Source: Eutreptiella sp. 'Long Island Sound 2002'
Taxonomy: Eukaryota; Protista; Euglenida
Direction of reading: 5' to 3'
Assembly: GCA_964036045.1 (NCBI GenBank)
Contig: OZ038378.1
Location: 9,176,001 to 9,240,000 of the forward strand
Length of the DNA: 64,000 nt
Made by a program: the position numbers and the translations under genes. The notes below the pieces were generated by a model. That model ran no database searches, was not told the origin of the DNA, and saw nothing but the letters and a program-made list of their open reading frames with translations. This document shows, piece by piece, positions 25,184 to 38,885 of this stretch (position 1 is its first letter; each line of letters starts with the position of its first letter).

Positions 25184-25439
25184 CTACAGACGATGAGGGC
25201 TTGCAGACCAGGAATGAATTGAAGGAAGGGCGATATGGCCATAAATGCATTCCGCCGGTTTTCACGACTGCCCAACAAACATTCAAGTTTTCCGGACATA
25301 CAGGAAATACGTGGTGGCTTTTCAGGACAGGGTGTCGCAGTACGAAAAATGCTAGCCAGCCCCCATGACCCCAGTTGGTCCCCACATGAACCCCTAGAAA
25401 CATGGTGGATGTAGCAGTGGAGGCATGGTCCGTGTGCAA

Positions 25440-25700
25440 GGGCTGTGTACCGGTGCTGGCTCGGGTGCATGGGCGTACTCGTGGGGGCTTGAATGCATGG
25501 GTTGTGTACCAGTGGGGGCTTGAGGGCACGGGTGTAGTACCGATGGCGGCTTGAGTACCCGGGCTGTATGAGTGGGGCCTTGGATGCACAATCGCTGTTC
25601 TTGTGGGGGCTTGGGGCCATGTGCTGTTTACCAATGGGACGCACGGGCTGTACCTTTGGGGACTTGGGGACCTGGGGTGTACCTTTGGGGGTTTGGGGTC
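25440..25700 (+). repeat. Degenerate ~30-bp minisatellite (gggctgtgtaccagtgggggcttgagggcat-like), about 9 units
   Basis: Direct reading; related copies at 26285-26470 and 46825-46960. Confidence 0.75.
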
Positions 25701-26284
25701 ACAAGCTACAGTGGCTGGGAGGCGTTGGCTGTCCACCATTGGGGGCTCAGAGGCATGGCTGTTTGAAGGTAGAGGCTTTCGGGGAATGATCGTTGCAAGT
25801 GTGGGGTGGTATGTTTCTCCTCATTTTTAGTGTGGCTCCGTCATGGCGGGGGATATGCAGCCACAATCCACGCTCTTTTTGAGTGTGGCCTCAACACAGG
25901 TGTTGGTACGAAGCCATACAATCTACGCTTGTCCTGATGTTCAATATTGTTCAATGCTCGATTTCTGCTACCAGGCTCAGTACAAGATGCAGTAGCATGT
26001 ATGTGACCTCATGGGGCAGCCACATGTATGGGATCCCTCGTGCCTCTTGGTACCTCAGGGTAGCCACCATCTGGTCACCCCACCTTGTGCTGCCCAGGGG
26101 GGCAGCCATTGACGCACCGGAGGCAATCCCCCTTCCCAAGGTCCCCGGTGTCAACTCGCCCCCCACGTGTACTCGCACATTATCCACCCTCAGAGATGCA
26201 GCACATGCTATGCCACCATATTGCTCCTCTCTGCTTCAGACACCCCAATACGGCACAGTACAGACACACAAACCAAGGTTCAGC

Positions 26285-26470
26285 TCATGCCCCCAAGCCT
26301 CCACAGGTACACACCCCATAAACCCAAGTCCCCACAGATACAGCCGATGCCCCTAAGCTCCTTGCGGTACACAGATGCAGCCCATGCCCCCAAGCCCTCA
26401 CTGAGTGGGTGAGCGGGGTGCACACTCAAGGCATGCATGGGCTGTGTCCCAGTGGGGGCTTGGAGGCATG
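26285..26470. repeat. Same ~30-bp minisatellite, about 4 units on the minus strand then 1-2 on the plus strand
   Basis: atgcccccaagcctccacaggtacacaccc is the reverse complement of the 25440 unit. Confidence 0.7.
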
Positions 26471-26560
26471 GACCCAGAAATGGTCGAGGTTTGGGGGCAC
26501 AGGCGAATGGAATACTGAGTCTGGCCAATAAACAGGTGGGGCAGACAACACAAGCCATAC

Positions 26561-26694
26561 CATAGTGCCGTGAGAGGGCCAACTGATCGGTCATGACGTT
26601 CAGCTCCTCTTCCAATTGACAGCGACGGTGATGCTCCATCGACAAAAGTCGCGTCCAATCCGTGTTGGCTTTGTTCTCAGCACTGGAGGTTTGC
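26561..26694 (-). CDS. Exon of large host gene (QTSSAENKANTDWTRLLSMEHHRRCQLEEELNVMTDQLALSRHY)
   Basis: gcatttcag acceptor, GTATGG donor, 134 bp, phase 2 to 1; coiled-coil-like. Confidence 0.7.
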
Positions 26695-29600
26695 CTGAAA
26701 TGCAACGAGTAGACACAATGAGGATGAACTTCGCCAGGGACCAGCTGTCATGCTGACTACTGTGTGCGGTCGGCACTGCATGTGCGGTCGCCATGACCGT
26801 AACTGATGGGAAACAGTAGGGGGCCAAACTCTGTGCTGTGTGTGTACTGCATTGTCATACAGCACAGAAGGATGCACAAAACCACAAGAAAATGTGGACC
26901 ACTGCCTGCCACAGACTCTGCCACCAAACTGGCTCGAAAGGAGGTGGTGGTGGGCATAGGTGCCTCACACATGCTTAAATGACAGCGGATACAGTCAGAT
27001 GTATTCCTTTGACGGTGGGCATGAGCTGATAAGAAACACAAGAGAGGCCATAGCGTTGTCTGTAAAAAGAGGCCAAACAGAGGCTTGCCAACCGCACATC
27101 CATACCCCTGTGAACATACCCTGTCAGTACCAAAGAGGCCTGGGGGTGAAAATAATGCAATACAGACAGACAGCCCGCCAGCCAGCCAGACAGACACACA
27201 CACCACACGCGCGTGCCAGGGCACAAAACAACACTGCACTCTCTTATGGGCAGCACAGGCACTTTCTGTTGCTAGCACAGGGGTTAACTCAGCGTCAGTC
27301 GTGCGGCATGCACTGGGTGGATCCACGCATGACAACCTAGACCGAACCTGGTGTCAGAATGCAGACGAAGGAATGCATCAATTATGCCACGAATGTGTGT
27401 CACAATGTCACATCACACCGTTTCGGTGATGGCGTTACAGGACCAACTAGCGCTGTCCTGTGCTTTTCAGCATCCTCTGCGAGTTCATAGACCCAAAAAG
27501 TGTCTCTGGAGATTGGGGAGGGAAAGAAGGACTCAGAAATGAAAACTGAAAGCACACACCACCATAACCGGTGGGCTACACACACACATTGTTATGCTAA
27601 GCACAGAGGCTGGCGGCAAGTGCAACAGGCAAGACCGTATTTCTTCAGCAAATGCAAAGTCGCCATTCCATGCCCCATTCACCTCTGTACCCCTAATTTA
27701 TCAAGCAACATCCATGGGCTGAACTAGTTTGCCTACCAGTAGGCATGGGCCTTGAGCCACCGCGCAATTTCGGAAACCGCAATACACTTTTTGGCAGGCA
27801 TACCCCTCCCTATGGTGTACTGGCACTTCACAGCTGTTTCGGGGGCAATCTGGTATGCCCTGTGAACCCCCTTTGTGCAGTGCATAATGGCCAGAGGCCA
27901 CTTTTACCCGGACACTAACATAACCTGCAGCCAAGGTGCTACTCACATCAGTTGTCCCAACCAAGTCTGGGTCCAGGGGAGACCATTTTTCAAGACTCTG
28001 GTAACAGTGGAAGGGAGATAGCCTTGGTAACTGCACCCCGGGCTCATGAGTGGTGCACCCAAGCGCATGTCCCACCGGAGACACTCTATCAGGGTGGCGC
28101 GCTCCCCCAGGGGGGTGTCCATGGCTACCAAAATGTTACCTGTGAATTGGCAAGTTGTCATCCGTCCCCACTGCCCTTCCCACATGGGAAAACCTTCAGG
28201 AGACATCTTGCGCTGGCCCGGTTGCAATATGCACACCAGCTGGAGGACAGGGCAGCACCCTGGGCTGAGAACAGCCTGCTTATCAGAAATGCAATTAGTG
28301 CGGAGCCATACTGGCCTGGCACACCAACAAGCATTGTTTCTTGTCAATTCATGCTGCAAACACACACACACACACACACACAGACACAGACAGACAACCA
28401 CCAAACCACCCTTTCCGCCGCTATTTCAAATCCAGTCACATGCAATAGCAAAACACATCCTGTCATGCTGTGCAGGGGGGGGGACCTGGGGAATGAACCA
28501 AACATGAAGTAAGGGTGGTGGCTGAAGCACCAACACTTTGCACGCGCAATCCGGGCAAAAGCATTCCAGAAATATAGAATCACTGGCAGCCACGTCAATA
28601 CCGAGAAACGAACACCCGAAACGCCTCTGGAGGAGTTTTCAGGACTCAGGATGATTTCAAAGGGACACCCTGACAGGGTGGAGCACTGCTGATGCAAAAA
28701 AAAAAAACTGTGGCCTGTGGGTAATGGCCCTCTGTTTGGTGCCACGAATACACTCCACCTGAACAATAAAGCGTCTGCATGGGGCACTGGCCAGCGCACT
28801 GCCGAGGTCCGCTTGAAAGCTCTTTTGGCTGTATGATGTCTGTCACTACCAGTGATCAGCGGTGGATTGAGCCCCCCCCACAAACATTGTGGCAGTGCGG
28901 ATGGCCACACAGCACACAGGCCCAGCCAAGATCTCCGGCACCGGGTACTCTGTGCAATGACCGGCTGCACACAGGGATGAGTAGGGGGAGCTCAGGCATA
29001 CACTGACACCCCCACAAACCTTTCGGGCTCCATGTGAGGGCAATTCATAGGGGCCTATGGGGAATCTCGCAGAAACGCCCAATACAACTACATGCATGAC
29101 TGTCAAGTGAGCACAGCCATGTGCGGGTGGCTGATGAACAGTGCAGAGTAACCTTTGGAAGACTGACAAAGCCTTCCACCAGGAGGCACGTGATAGTGGT
29201 ACGTTGGTCTTTTTTTGGTGTTGTGTGTCCCACCCTCCAGAGTGCCCTCACTTAAGCTGTGAAAGACCCCCAACACCAAGAACAGAGCATCGTTGGCGGC
29301 CATCATTAAGTCTGGTGGGGAGGTGGAGGGTTGCCAGCGTATCAGAGTGATGGATAGCCACCCCACCCCAACCCCACCAAAAAATTGGACCCGTTCTTCT
29401 GCCCATCCCTAGTTCTCACTGCTGCACCTCAGACTGGCTGATTGAAAGGAAACATTTGCTGACCCTGCAATTGCCTATCCAAGCACGCCTCTAAATGCTG
29501 CGCCTCCTGCCGGCAAAAGGACCTTTGAAATACAGACGCCCAACGCCCCACCACATGCTGCCACATCAAAACAAACTGCTGCATTGTCGCACTAACAGAT

Positions 29601-29976
29601 CAAAAATACGCATCACAGCGCAGCAACCACGACGCCTGCGCTGCTGCCCACAAGGCCAACCCCTGTTGTCTGAAGGGAGAGCAACGGCTCTATAACCAGC
29701 AGATGCCACATATCACACATTTACCCTTTGGTGTCCCATACCTTTTTATATCTTTAGTGTCCCACACCGGCCCAAATATCCTGACAATGATGTCAGCTGC
29801 CATCAGAAAGAAACCACACTCTGACAGGCCGCACCGCTTCAGTCACTGAGCATAGCACACATTTTGGCCTGTGAAAAACCTTTTGTGTTCTGGCACCCAT
29901 GATGCCCCAAAGCGCTTTGCGGATGAAATCTCTCTGCGCCCCAGGCACAACCAAACTTGGAAAAGTGACTCTAGAC

Positions 29977-30116
29977 CTCCAACTCCTGTTGCTTTGGCGG
30001 AGGCTCTAGCGGCCGAAGGGTAGCCAGCATCTCATAAGACAGCACCTGCCATGCTGTAGGCAGATCCTGCCGGGGCTGAGCCAGAATGTTTTGCACCCCA
30101 TCAGGACCGCACTCAA
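29977..30116 (-). CDS. Candidate exon (ECGPDGVQNILAQPRQDLPTAWQVLSYEMLATLRPLEPPPKQQELE)
   Basis: cctcgtcccag acceptor, GT donor, 140 bp, phase 1 to 0. Confidence 0.55.
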
Positions 30117-30307
30117 CTGGGACGAGGACAGCGCAGCGGGGGAACGGCGTTGCAGCAGCGCAACACTTGTCGAGGAAGAGTGCTACGGGCTTTGCTGTTG
30201 GCTTTCGGGTCAAGTTACCAAAGGCAATTGGGGGCATAAGTCACCAGGATCCAACAAACGAAAGGGAGGCCTCTTCACACTACCGAGCGACACAACAAGC
30301 AGCATAC

Positions 30308-30503
30308 TCATGATGGTCTTGCAGGACTTTCAGCAGCTGACCGTGTTGCTTCAGCAACTGCCCCAACCCACTCCGGATGTCAACGTATGCGGCCTCCAAC
30401 GCACACCATTCTTTGTATTCCTGCTCTTGATGGGCCATGCGCAGGTGTAGCCGCTTTAGGACCTGGACCCCTGTTCGCAAGGCCACGTAGTGTACAACTT
30501 GAC
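30308..30503 (-). CDS. Candidate exon (QVVHYVALRTGVQVLKRLHLRMAHQEQEYKEWCALEAAYVDIRSGLGQLLKQHGQLLKVLQDHH)
   Basis: Open helical frame between AG and GTATGC; exact boundaries uncertain because alternative sites exist. Confidence 0.55.
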
Positions 30504-31540
30504 CTGCCCTGAGGCAGGGTCTGCTGCCACCAGGGGTTCGCACAACATGGGGACAGCCCCGAGCACACCCCCCAGTAAAGAAACACAACAATGCTGCAAT
30601 ACTGCAACACTCCCAGGGCTAGGGGTAGAGGGGGGGGACACTTGGGTAATCCCCATGCACCAGCGAACGGATCGGAGGGGGGTCGTGTGTGTTGGGTTTC
30701 AGGGACGGCGACAGACCATTGCCTTTGGGGTGTGACAATGGAGGTCCCTGGGTTCAGCTGTCATACTGCACGGCGTGTGATCAGGCGGTACCGATGTGGA
30801 ACTTGAGGCGGAGTCTAAGTGGTAGGAGCGGGTGCTACGGTGTACTCAGTGACCTGGGAGGGGCTATACTGAGCAAACAATTTCCGAAGCGCCCCAAATC
30901 GACCAGTTTGACCCCAGGTACCAGTGGTGTTCAACAGCTTTGGTTGGACCCTGACCAGATGGCACAATCCTGCACCCTGGACAATGCGAGAGGCACACAG
31001 CTCGGGACGTTGTGGCACATGAGATAATGATCATATTCTTTGTCTGTGCCTATGCACAAATCATGTAACGCACACACCCCAAAAGAACAAAAGATGCCAT
31101 GTTCACAGAGTCCCTGAATGCCCCGTTGGCCCTTGCCCATCACTGCAACCTACATCTGCCTTCAGCCGTGGACAATATTGCCACCTGCCTCATGTAGGCA
31201 CTCTTTGATGTCAGGGACGCCAACATCTGCATGTTTGTGTTTGCACGGTGCTCCGACTTGCAAAATGGCTTCTTTTGCACACGCTGTGCTTGAGCTCGGT
31301 AGAGTTTGTTTGGATCACACTTAGTGGTGGCATGGCCATGGAATTTGATTTTCACCGTTGCATGTGAGGTCATGGAGCGGATATGCACTCAAACTCACTA
31401 CATCCATGGGCTCACCAAGAAGTGGCTTTCCCAGGATTGAATGTGAACTGGAGGGCCTGGAGGTGGACTGCACCTGACTGGAGGTGAGATTGGAGGTGAA
31501 CAACTCATACACAGCACGTGGGCAACGGGGTCTGCAGAAC

Positions 31541-31705
31541 CTGAGCCCTGCCCCTGCAAGTATCCCTGATCCCCAACGGTGTTCTGGGCCTTTTTGTGCT
31601 GACGATTCAAAGACTTGCGGGCCTCTAAATATCTGAGCTGAACGCCGCACATTCTTGTGATCTCTGCGTCCATCTGCAGCCGGAGGAGGGGCGCGGTAGA
31701 ACGGG
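31541..31705 (-). CDS. Candidate exon (RSTAPLLRLQMDAEITRMCGVQLRYLEARKSLNRQHKKAQNTVGDQGYLQGQGS)
   Basis: ggttgcag acceptor, GTTCTG donor, 165 bp, phase 1 to 1. Confidence 0.6.
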
Positions 31706-32023
31706 CTGCAACCGGCAGCATGCACAGCCAATATGGAGAGTAATACACAACACAACGCAACACAGCACCACAGCATCTGACAAACCACACTACCCTGCAC
31801 CACACCGCACTGCTAACCACAAGGAAAAAAGTGCCATTCATACAACTTCCTGTTTTGGCTCCAATCCAGCCCACACACCCTTCCGCACCAGGGGACAACA
31901 AGAGCGCAGCTTAGTAGGCACCCTGTCACCAGCCCTCACGGTGTTCACGGTGAAGCCAAACCAAAACCAAACCAAAACCAACTCATGGTGAAGAAAGGGG
32001 GGAAATCGCATTGTTGACAAAAG

Positions 32024-33825
32024 CCCTGCCTTGTCGGGGCCCCCAAAGTGTGGACGAATCCAAACGCCTACATAACCCCTACATTCGCAGGGTCCAGAAA
32101 CTAGGGGGGAATCAAAATGGAATCATAATTGCTGCTTTTTCATGGTCCTTAAAGAGGGGAGGAATCTAAATGGCTACGTAACCGCTACCTTCCGGGATCT
32201 CGACGATGGGAGGAATCAAAATGGCTACATAACCCCTACCTCCTTGGCATCCACAAAGAGGGGAGGAATCAAAATAAGCTCTCCCATCTGAAGATCACCA
32301 AAGGTACACAGTATGGCAAGGCATTCAACTGGCTACAACCCATGCAAAAGGGATGCATAACTTACGCTGCTCGGCATTCCGGGAAGCTAAATAAATGGCC
32401 AGTAGCTACAAAATTGATGCCTCCCCATGGCGCCAAAATTGGGGCAATCAAAATGCCTACATAGGTCGTGCCCTTTGAGGGTCCCGAGTGTGCGGAGCAA
32501 CTAAAATGGCTCCAGAACTTCACTCTTCTCAGGGTCCCCAAACTAGGGACAAATCAAAATGGCTACATAACCCCTAACTTCCCGGGATCTCTCTAGTAGG
32601 GAGGAATCAAAATGGCTACATAGCCGTTGCCTTCTCAGGTTTCCCAAAGTGGAGGGGAATGAAAATGCGTGCCTTCTCGGGGTCCCCACAGATCAAAATG
32701 ACTACATAACCCTCGGTTCCCCATAGTGGGAAGGATCAAAACAGATGCATATCTCCTGCCTTCTTCGGGTCGCCAAAGATGGGAGGAATCATAATGGCTA
32801 CATAACCCATGCGTTCTCGAGGGGCACAAAGTGGGGAGGAATTCAAATGGCGTGCAGCGGAAGGGCAATGGCGTTGTAGTCCCAAGCGTTCGAGGGTCCT
32901 GAGTACAAGGAGAGACCTACTTTGCTACACACTCCATCCCTTCGGGTTGGTCGTTGTGGAAAAACAGATACATAACCGTAGTCTTCTCGGGATCCCTAAG
33001 ATCAGAATGAAGCAAAGCGGCTAGAAAACCCATCCATTGTCAACGGGGATTTTATAATGGCTACATAGCCCCCTCATTCCGGGATCCCACAAAGTGAGGA
33101 GCAATCAAAATGGCTCAATAACCCGTGGCGTTTCATGGTACCCGAACTTGGGGACAATGAAGAGGGCTACATAGCCCTTGCCTTCTCAAATCCCCAGAGT
33201 AGGGAGCAATCAATGTGGCTCAAAGATGCCAGCTTTCTCCTAGTGCCCATACAGGGGCGGGATCAAAGTGCCTTCATCACGTCTTTGGTCTTTAGCTCAC
33301 CAACGTGCAAAGTATGACAATGGCTCTGTAGCCCCAAGCTTCTCAGCGTCGTTGGTATGGGGACAAATCTCATCTACTAAATAACCCATCCCTTCTCAGT
33401 TTCCCCGTTGGGACGGGGAATCAAAATGAATACATAATCCTCATGTTGTGATCTGGGAGACTTGAATGAATCAAAGCAGCTACAAAACCCGTGCTTGCTA
33501 AGGGCCCGCGTCCCAAAAATGGGGAGGAATCACGGTGTATTTTCCTGGGATCTCGAAGAGCTAAACAAATCAAGGTGGCGATAAGACCCAAGCATTGCCG
33601 CGGCTAGAACTTGGTAGGAACCAAAAGAGATGCATACTTGGAGCCTGTTTGCCATCTCCATGTTCCAAATAACCAAAGTACTTGTGAAAACGATGCCTTC
33701 TATGGGCCCTGAAGTGGGAGGAAGTAGGGTGGCCACATGTGCCCTACCTTCCGGGGGTCCTCAAAGGGTGGAGGAATCAAAATTGCTTCACTACCAGTTC
33801 CTTCTTGGGATCCCTACTAATTGGT
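32024..33825 (+). repeat. Long, highly degenerate ~53-bp satellite of the GGCTACAT-core family (roughly 25-30 units with interruptions)
   Basis: Recurring gaggaatcaaaatggctacataacccctgccttctcggggtcccca-like unit. Confidence 0.85.
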
Positions 33826-34644
33826 TGAAGAACCCATGCGATCTTATAGACACTAACACGGGAGAACATGAAAACGGGCACCCGAAAGCCAACAACACCG
33901 AAAGCCCTTGTAGGGTCTGTGGCGTCATGAACGCCTGGTGTGAAAAGAAGTCCTATTGACTAGAAAAACGTTCCCATCTTGGGGTAGCCACAAAACGCTT
34001 CCCTTCACGGCTACCGGGTGCAAAAGAGGATGAAATTGAATGCACATCCCTTGGAAGGCCTTGGTCGCGAGTTTGGTGAAGAAGAGACCTGGGTGCGGAA
34101 TTTTTGACTTTGGGTTTCCCAATGGCAAGCCCCATGGAGCCAGGTTGGATTTTGTATTGATGAGATCCGCCTTACAGCGAGAGATTGCACCCGCATCCCA
34201 ACACTAACACTCTCAGCCACCATGGGGAGGCATGAAAGTGGCTACAGTAGAAATATATTAAAAAGGCCACATCACCCTGATCTTCGCCGTTCCACAATGT
34301 GTAGGAAACAAGATAAAAGTACTTGCAAAATGCTTGATTTCTTTGTCGCCAAGGGAATAAGTCAAAATCACTACACATCCCTTGCTATCCAAAGGCAGCC
34401 GCACAAGGCTTCCTTTCAAGCCTACCTTGTGTCAGAAAGAAGTGTAAATTAATGCAAAGCTCGTGCCCTCCATTCGTGTGTGATGCAAACAAGGAGCAAC
34501 CTTGCGACACATTTTTTGAGTTTTGGTATGCAGAGTGTGGGCGGGGGGGGTATCAAAAATGCAAAATTGAGCCCGACATTGTCTAGGAGAAAGCCCTGTG
34601 GCATCATACCACCACCAATATGGACCACTCTAAGCAGGCTTCAA

Positions 34645-34958
34645 AGTAGCTACAGAACCTCTACCTTGTTGAGATTCGCGTTGTGGGCCTTAATTAAAAT
34701 GGATACGTAACCCCTTCCTTCTTGGGTAGGAAAAACTTGAGGAAGTCAAAAGTGCTACAAACCCCCTCCCTCTTGGATGGCCTAAGAGGGCAGAGAGACG
34801 AAATTAATGACATAACCCTTGCCTTTCCGGGGTCCTAAGAGTGTGGAGGAAGCACAATGGCTAAATAACCATTGCCTTACGGGGGTCCCAAGAGTGCGGA
34901 GGAACCAAAATCGCTACCCAACCCGTATTGTGAAAGGGTCCCCAAAAAGGGCAGGAAA
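34645..34958 (+). repeat. Continuation of the degenerate 53-bp satellite, about 6 units
   Basis: aaaatggatacgtaaccccttccttcttgggt; acataacccttgcctttccggggtcc; cacaatggctaaataaccattgccttacgggggtccc. Confidence 0.75.
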
Positions 34959-37244
34959 TGACAATGTCGACATCACCACTTGCCTGCACGCCGTCCCCGC
35001 AATGGAGAGGGAGGAAAAATACGTCGGGAATAACGAACTGTAGCAACCGAAACAATTCGTTTTCGTACAAAACATTTGAAGCGATTGATATTGGTCTATT
35101 AGTGAGCAATATCCACAAAATCGTGCTACAATGTGGCCAATCCAGCGGTCGAAAGCATCAAGATGATATGATGAACCATGAAAGGAGCTTGGTGAAGATC
35201 CGTATAAGATATGCTTGATGCTAATATTTTGTCATGACAAGTCAAGAATGCAAGGATCAATGGCTAAATGTCACATCAAAGCTTAGCGGCTATTTGTGTT
35301 GCATCACTTTTGGTTTTGTATTCAACCCGTGTGAAGTATTTCGTCTGGTGTTTGGTCTTTTGTCCAAGAGGGAAGGATAGTGAGGGTATCATGGGCTAAG
35401 GTTGCCAGACTAAATTCGGTTTCTCGGGGGAGGGGGGGGGGGGCACTTTTGTTTATCCAACTGACACTTCTTACTCTCGGAAAGGGGCTCCGTTCCCTGC
35501 CATATTCTTTCATTTTTCTGTAGTTGTGGCGCCATGATGCCCGTTGACTTGGCCATCGAAAGGGGACCAAGGCCCATCCCGGCCCCGCCCATTGTCAACC
35601 TGTAGTATCTCCGTCGTGTGATGAACGGAGATGTTTAGGCAATGAAACCTGTATTTTATGGGAGAGCTAGGTCACAGCTATTCAGTGGACTACTAGACTG
35701 AGTCTACGGTTGTCAAGTAGCGATTTCGTGTTGCCGAGTTGCTGTACTTTGCGTTCCATGAGGACTTGACTGATTAAAGATCTTGTTTTTGTCCCAAAAC
35801 TTCCAATACCACAAGCATTGGTTTCAAGAAGCTTAATAGCGAGAACGAACGACAAAGACTTTACAACCCAGAAAATTGGACTTTGGTAAATAAGAACGAT
35901 GAGTTGTTGCTGTACGCTGTCCAAGAAAACATGGTTCTAGTTTGAAGGATCTACTATGATAATTCAAAGCTATACTTGCATACTTTGAAAGTTGGCTTCG
36001 AATCTACCAAAGGCGTCAACGTCGAGACCATGGCGTAGTTTTGGGAGGTGATGGAGTTGGCATCTTGTAGTTCAAGTTTGACGAGTTTGTTCAAAAATTG
36101 GACGGCGCCCCCGGCGCGCCACTTGCGCCTCGCTCGCCCCCTCCCCTGTATATGTGCCGACCTCAAACAAGGCGGCGGTTGTAAAGGCGCCACGCTCGGT
36201 GAGTTTTCGGGCCACGCTCGGTGAGTTTTCGGGAAATCACGAGAGCAGTCTCCCCTTTTTGGGTCTTTCTCCGCCATCCACCCCTTGGAAAACAACCGAA
36301 GTGCAAAAAGCCATCAATACTATGAAGGTCTCTTTGACAACCTCGGTACTAGCATCCTTGTTCACAATGAAACAATACAAGGAATCAAATTCATCTCCGG
36401 CGAACCGAACTTAATCAAGAAAAACAACATCCTCAAAGCGGAAAAAAACAAACACGCCGCGAACACCTCACCTCCTTCCATTTTTTGGCTTGCATACAAA
36501 GCACTCTCTGCTTATCAACATCCCTCGGTAGCTCCTGCATGGGCACCAAACATGTCAGCTCTTTAGGGTTTGGAAGTCCTCAGGCCCAGGCAGGCATGCT
36601 GCACATGCAGCATGCAATATTGTTCAAACAAAGACCTCAAGCACTTCCATCCATGGTACACCTCCCCTTAATGACAAAAATAATCTTGTGTGTCCAACAG
36701 GCAACGCTTTGCAGCTCAAAAATAAGCCAAAATATGGGATTCCTCAACAAAAAACCCTTTGGGGGGCCAAGATTCTTCGTTCCTACAAGGGAGGCCATTG
36801 GGGATCAATGGTCGGTTCTGATAGACTGAATGTCCCCGCCATAGACAATTCCAGCCATTAGTCCAGCAGTACTGCGAAGTCCAATCAATGCACGTGTCCC
36901 CTTCTTGGTTGGGGTGCTCCACTATGTAAAGTACAGCGAGGCGTTGCGGTTAGCTCCGTGGGTCACTTGTGTGCCTGTCCTTTGCTGCCGACTCTAGCGA
37001 ACAACCTGGATCAATATTAAAAAAAAAAGCAGTCGTCCATAAGCGTGGACTGCATTCACTGTGTTACATGCGAGCTGACTGGGCTGCATAGCATGGCACT
37101 CATTCGGCCTTACCCCGTCTGTCGCTGTTTAGTTTCAATGAGTGCAGGGGGTAACATACAAAGAGACTCAGAAAATCAAAGGGCGTAGCAAATGCATGTG
37201 TGCCACGCGGCTGTGTGTTTGAGGGACCATAGCGCGGGTGAGGT

Positions 37245-37315
37245 GCCCCGTGCTTCAGTGGAAGCACCCTGGACTCCAGCTTCGCTGGTCCCAGGTTCGA
37301 ACCCCGCTGCCCGAG
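37245..37315 (+). other. tRNA-like SINE head or pseudogene (partly tRNA-Gln-like, anticodon loop deleted)
   Basis: A-box-like TGCTTCAGTGG, AGCACCCTGGACT-CCAGC, B-box GGTTCGAACCC. Confidence 0.45.
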
Positions 37316-38396
37316 CCGCCAGAACCGGATCAAGCGGAGCGGCAGCTCGGGCAAAGGCAAGCAACGGGTGGGGTGGCAGCCTCCCATCGGGCGTGGGCGG
37401 TGGCGGGGCGCACTGCTGCAGGTGCCTGGGCACATTTTTGCTTATTGATGAAGGTGACCATTGACGGGGGGGGGGCATGATTCTTCATTCCGGGCGGGTG
37501 GGACCATTGGCATGGGCGGGCCATTGGCAGGGGGGGGGGGTATGCATATAAATCCATGGGGAGCCATGATGATGATGGATCTGATGGACGATTACCAAAT
37601 CAGCTAATGGGGGGCTCATTGGTTTTTTTTTTTTGGCTCAGACCAAGATGAGCTGGCGTAGCCCGCTCACTTCACAGTACTCAAAGGAACTCCTTGGGAT
37701 CAAGGTTCAGAGCTGTCCAGTGCTACGATGATCCCACAAATGGCTGTGGTAGCGGATCTGACACCTAGTGAGGATTAGCTGAGTCTGAAACCAGGTTATG
37801 CAGTGGGAGACTGCCACGCCCGTAGGCTTCCCAGTGTGCATGAGGCACGATGACTGTAGGCTGAAAAGGACAGCGGTGTGAAGATTGAAGGCCACTTGGG
37901 GCCTCATTGCTCTGGGCAGGTTCTCTGCGAGGTGGACTTGCCAAAGGCAATAGAATTTTGCTGCAACACCAACCACTTCCAGGACCAAAGCAAACACGAA
38001 TGCAATTTTGAAATCTAGCCTTCGGCAGGGAACCTGCACCGCACGGCCCTCCCGGATTCATCGTTGATGGCACGTTGTGACCAGGCCCCACTTCCATTGA
38101 GCCCTTCCACTGAAACAGGATCGCTTCATGACATGGCACCGCTGTGCATGTGTGCATCACACCCCTCATCGTTAATGGCCTTTTGTGGCCCGCATTCCAC
38201 CGTGCTGGAATCTGCCTATCGGTAGGATCTACCATAGCTCGGAATATGGCACACTTGAAACAACCCAAAGGTATGCCATTGATGCAAATCGGAGGAATCC
38301 AAATGCCCTGTACTTTGCTGATTTGCGACATGCACATCACAGTGAGCACGCACACAAACACACACACAGCTGCATCAGAAGGCCAGCCCGGCAAAC

Positions 38397-38522
38397 CTGA
38401 TGAGCCATGCGCTCCATCCCAGCTTTGCACTGCTGCTCCGCTTCGAGCCATGTGTTCTTCAGCACCGCCGTCTCTACTGACTCTGTAATCTCCTCAAATC
38501 TTTGCAGAACTGCCACCCGGAG
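38397..38522 (-). CDS. Exon of large host gene (LRVAVLQRFEEITESVETAVLKNTWLEAEQQCKAGMERMAHQ)
   Basis: Pyrimidine-rich ccctgtacag acceptor, GTTTGC donor, 126 bp, phase 0 to 0. Confidence 0.7.
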
Positions 38523-38818
38523 CTGTACAGGGAGGGGCAGGACCGTGGCATCAGGGTCAGAGCGTTACCAGAGGGGCCATACAGTGATCAAGACGATGTC
38601 AATACCAGCGGACACACACAAACACACACACACACACACACACTGTCCCCAAAAAGCTGCAAAAATGAGGAGCAGTCCTGGGCGGTGGTTTTGAATGTAC
38701 GTTGTGTTGGGCATGGCAGGTCCGCAGTGCACAGCCAGAATTTAGGTGCTTGGACAGGGGCAGCAAGGAAATGCCTCCAGGGCAGACCACGCCACTGTTC
38801 TGCGCCAAAAGGCCATAC

Positions 38819-38885
38819 CTCTCGGAACGCCTTCTTCGCCTCCTGCAGCCGCTGTTTCTCCATCTTTAACACCAAACTGTCGGCG
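38819..38885 (-). CDS. Exon of large host gene (ADSLVLKMEKQRLQEAKKAFRE); acceptor position uncertain
   Basis: GAG|GTATGG phase-0 donor joins in frame to 38522. Confidence 0.6.

Noticed and set aside
35397-35413. hAT-like terminus TAAGGTTGCCAGA
   Set aside because: No convincing partner TIR or 8-bp TSD found.
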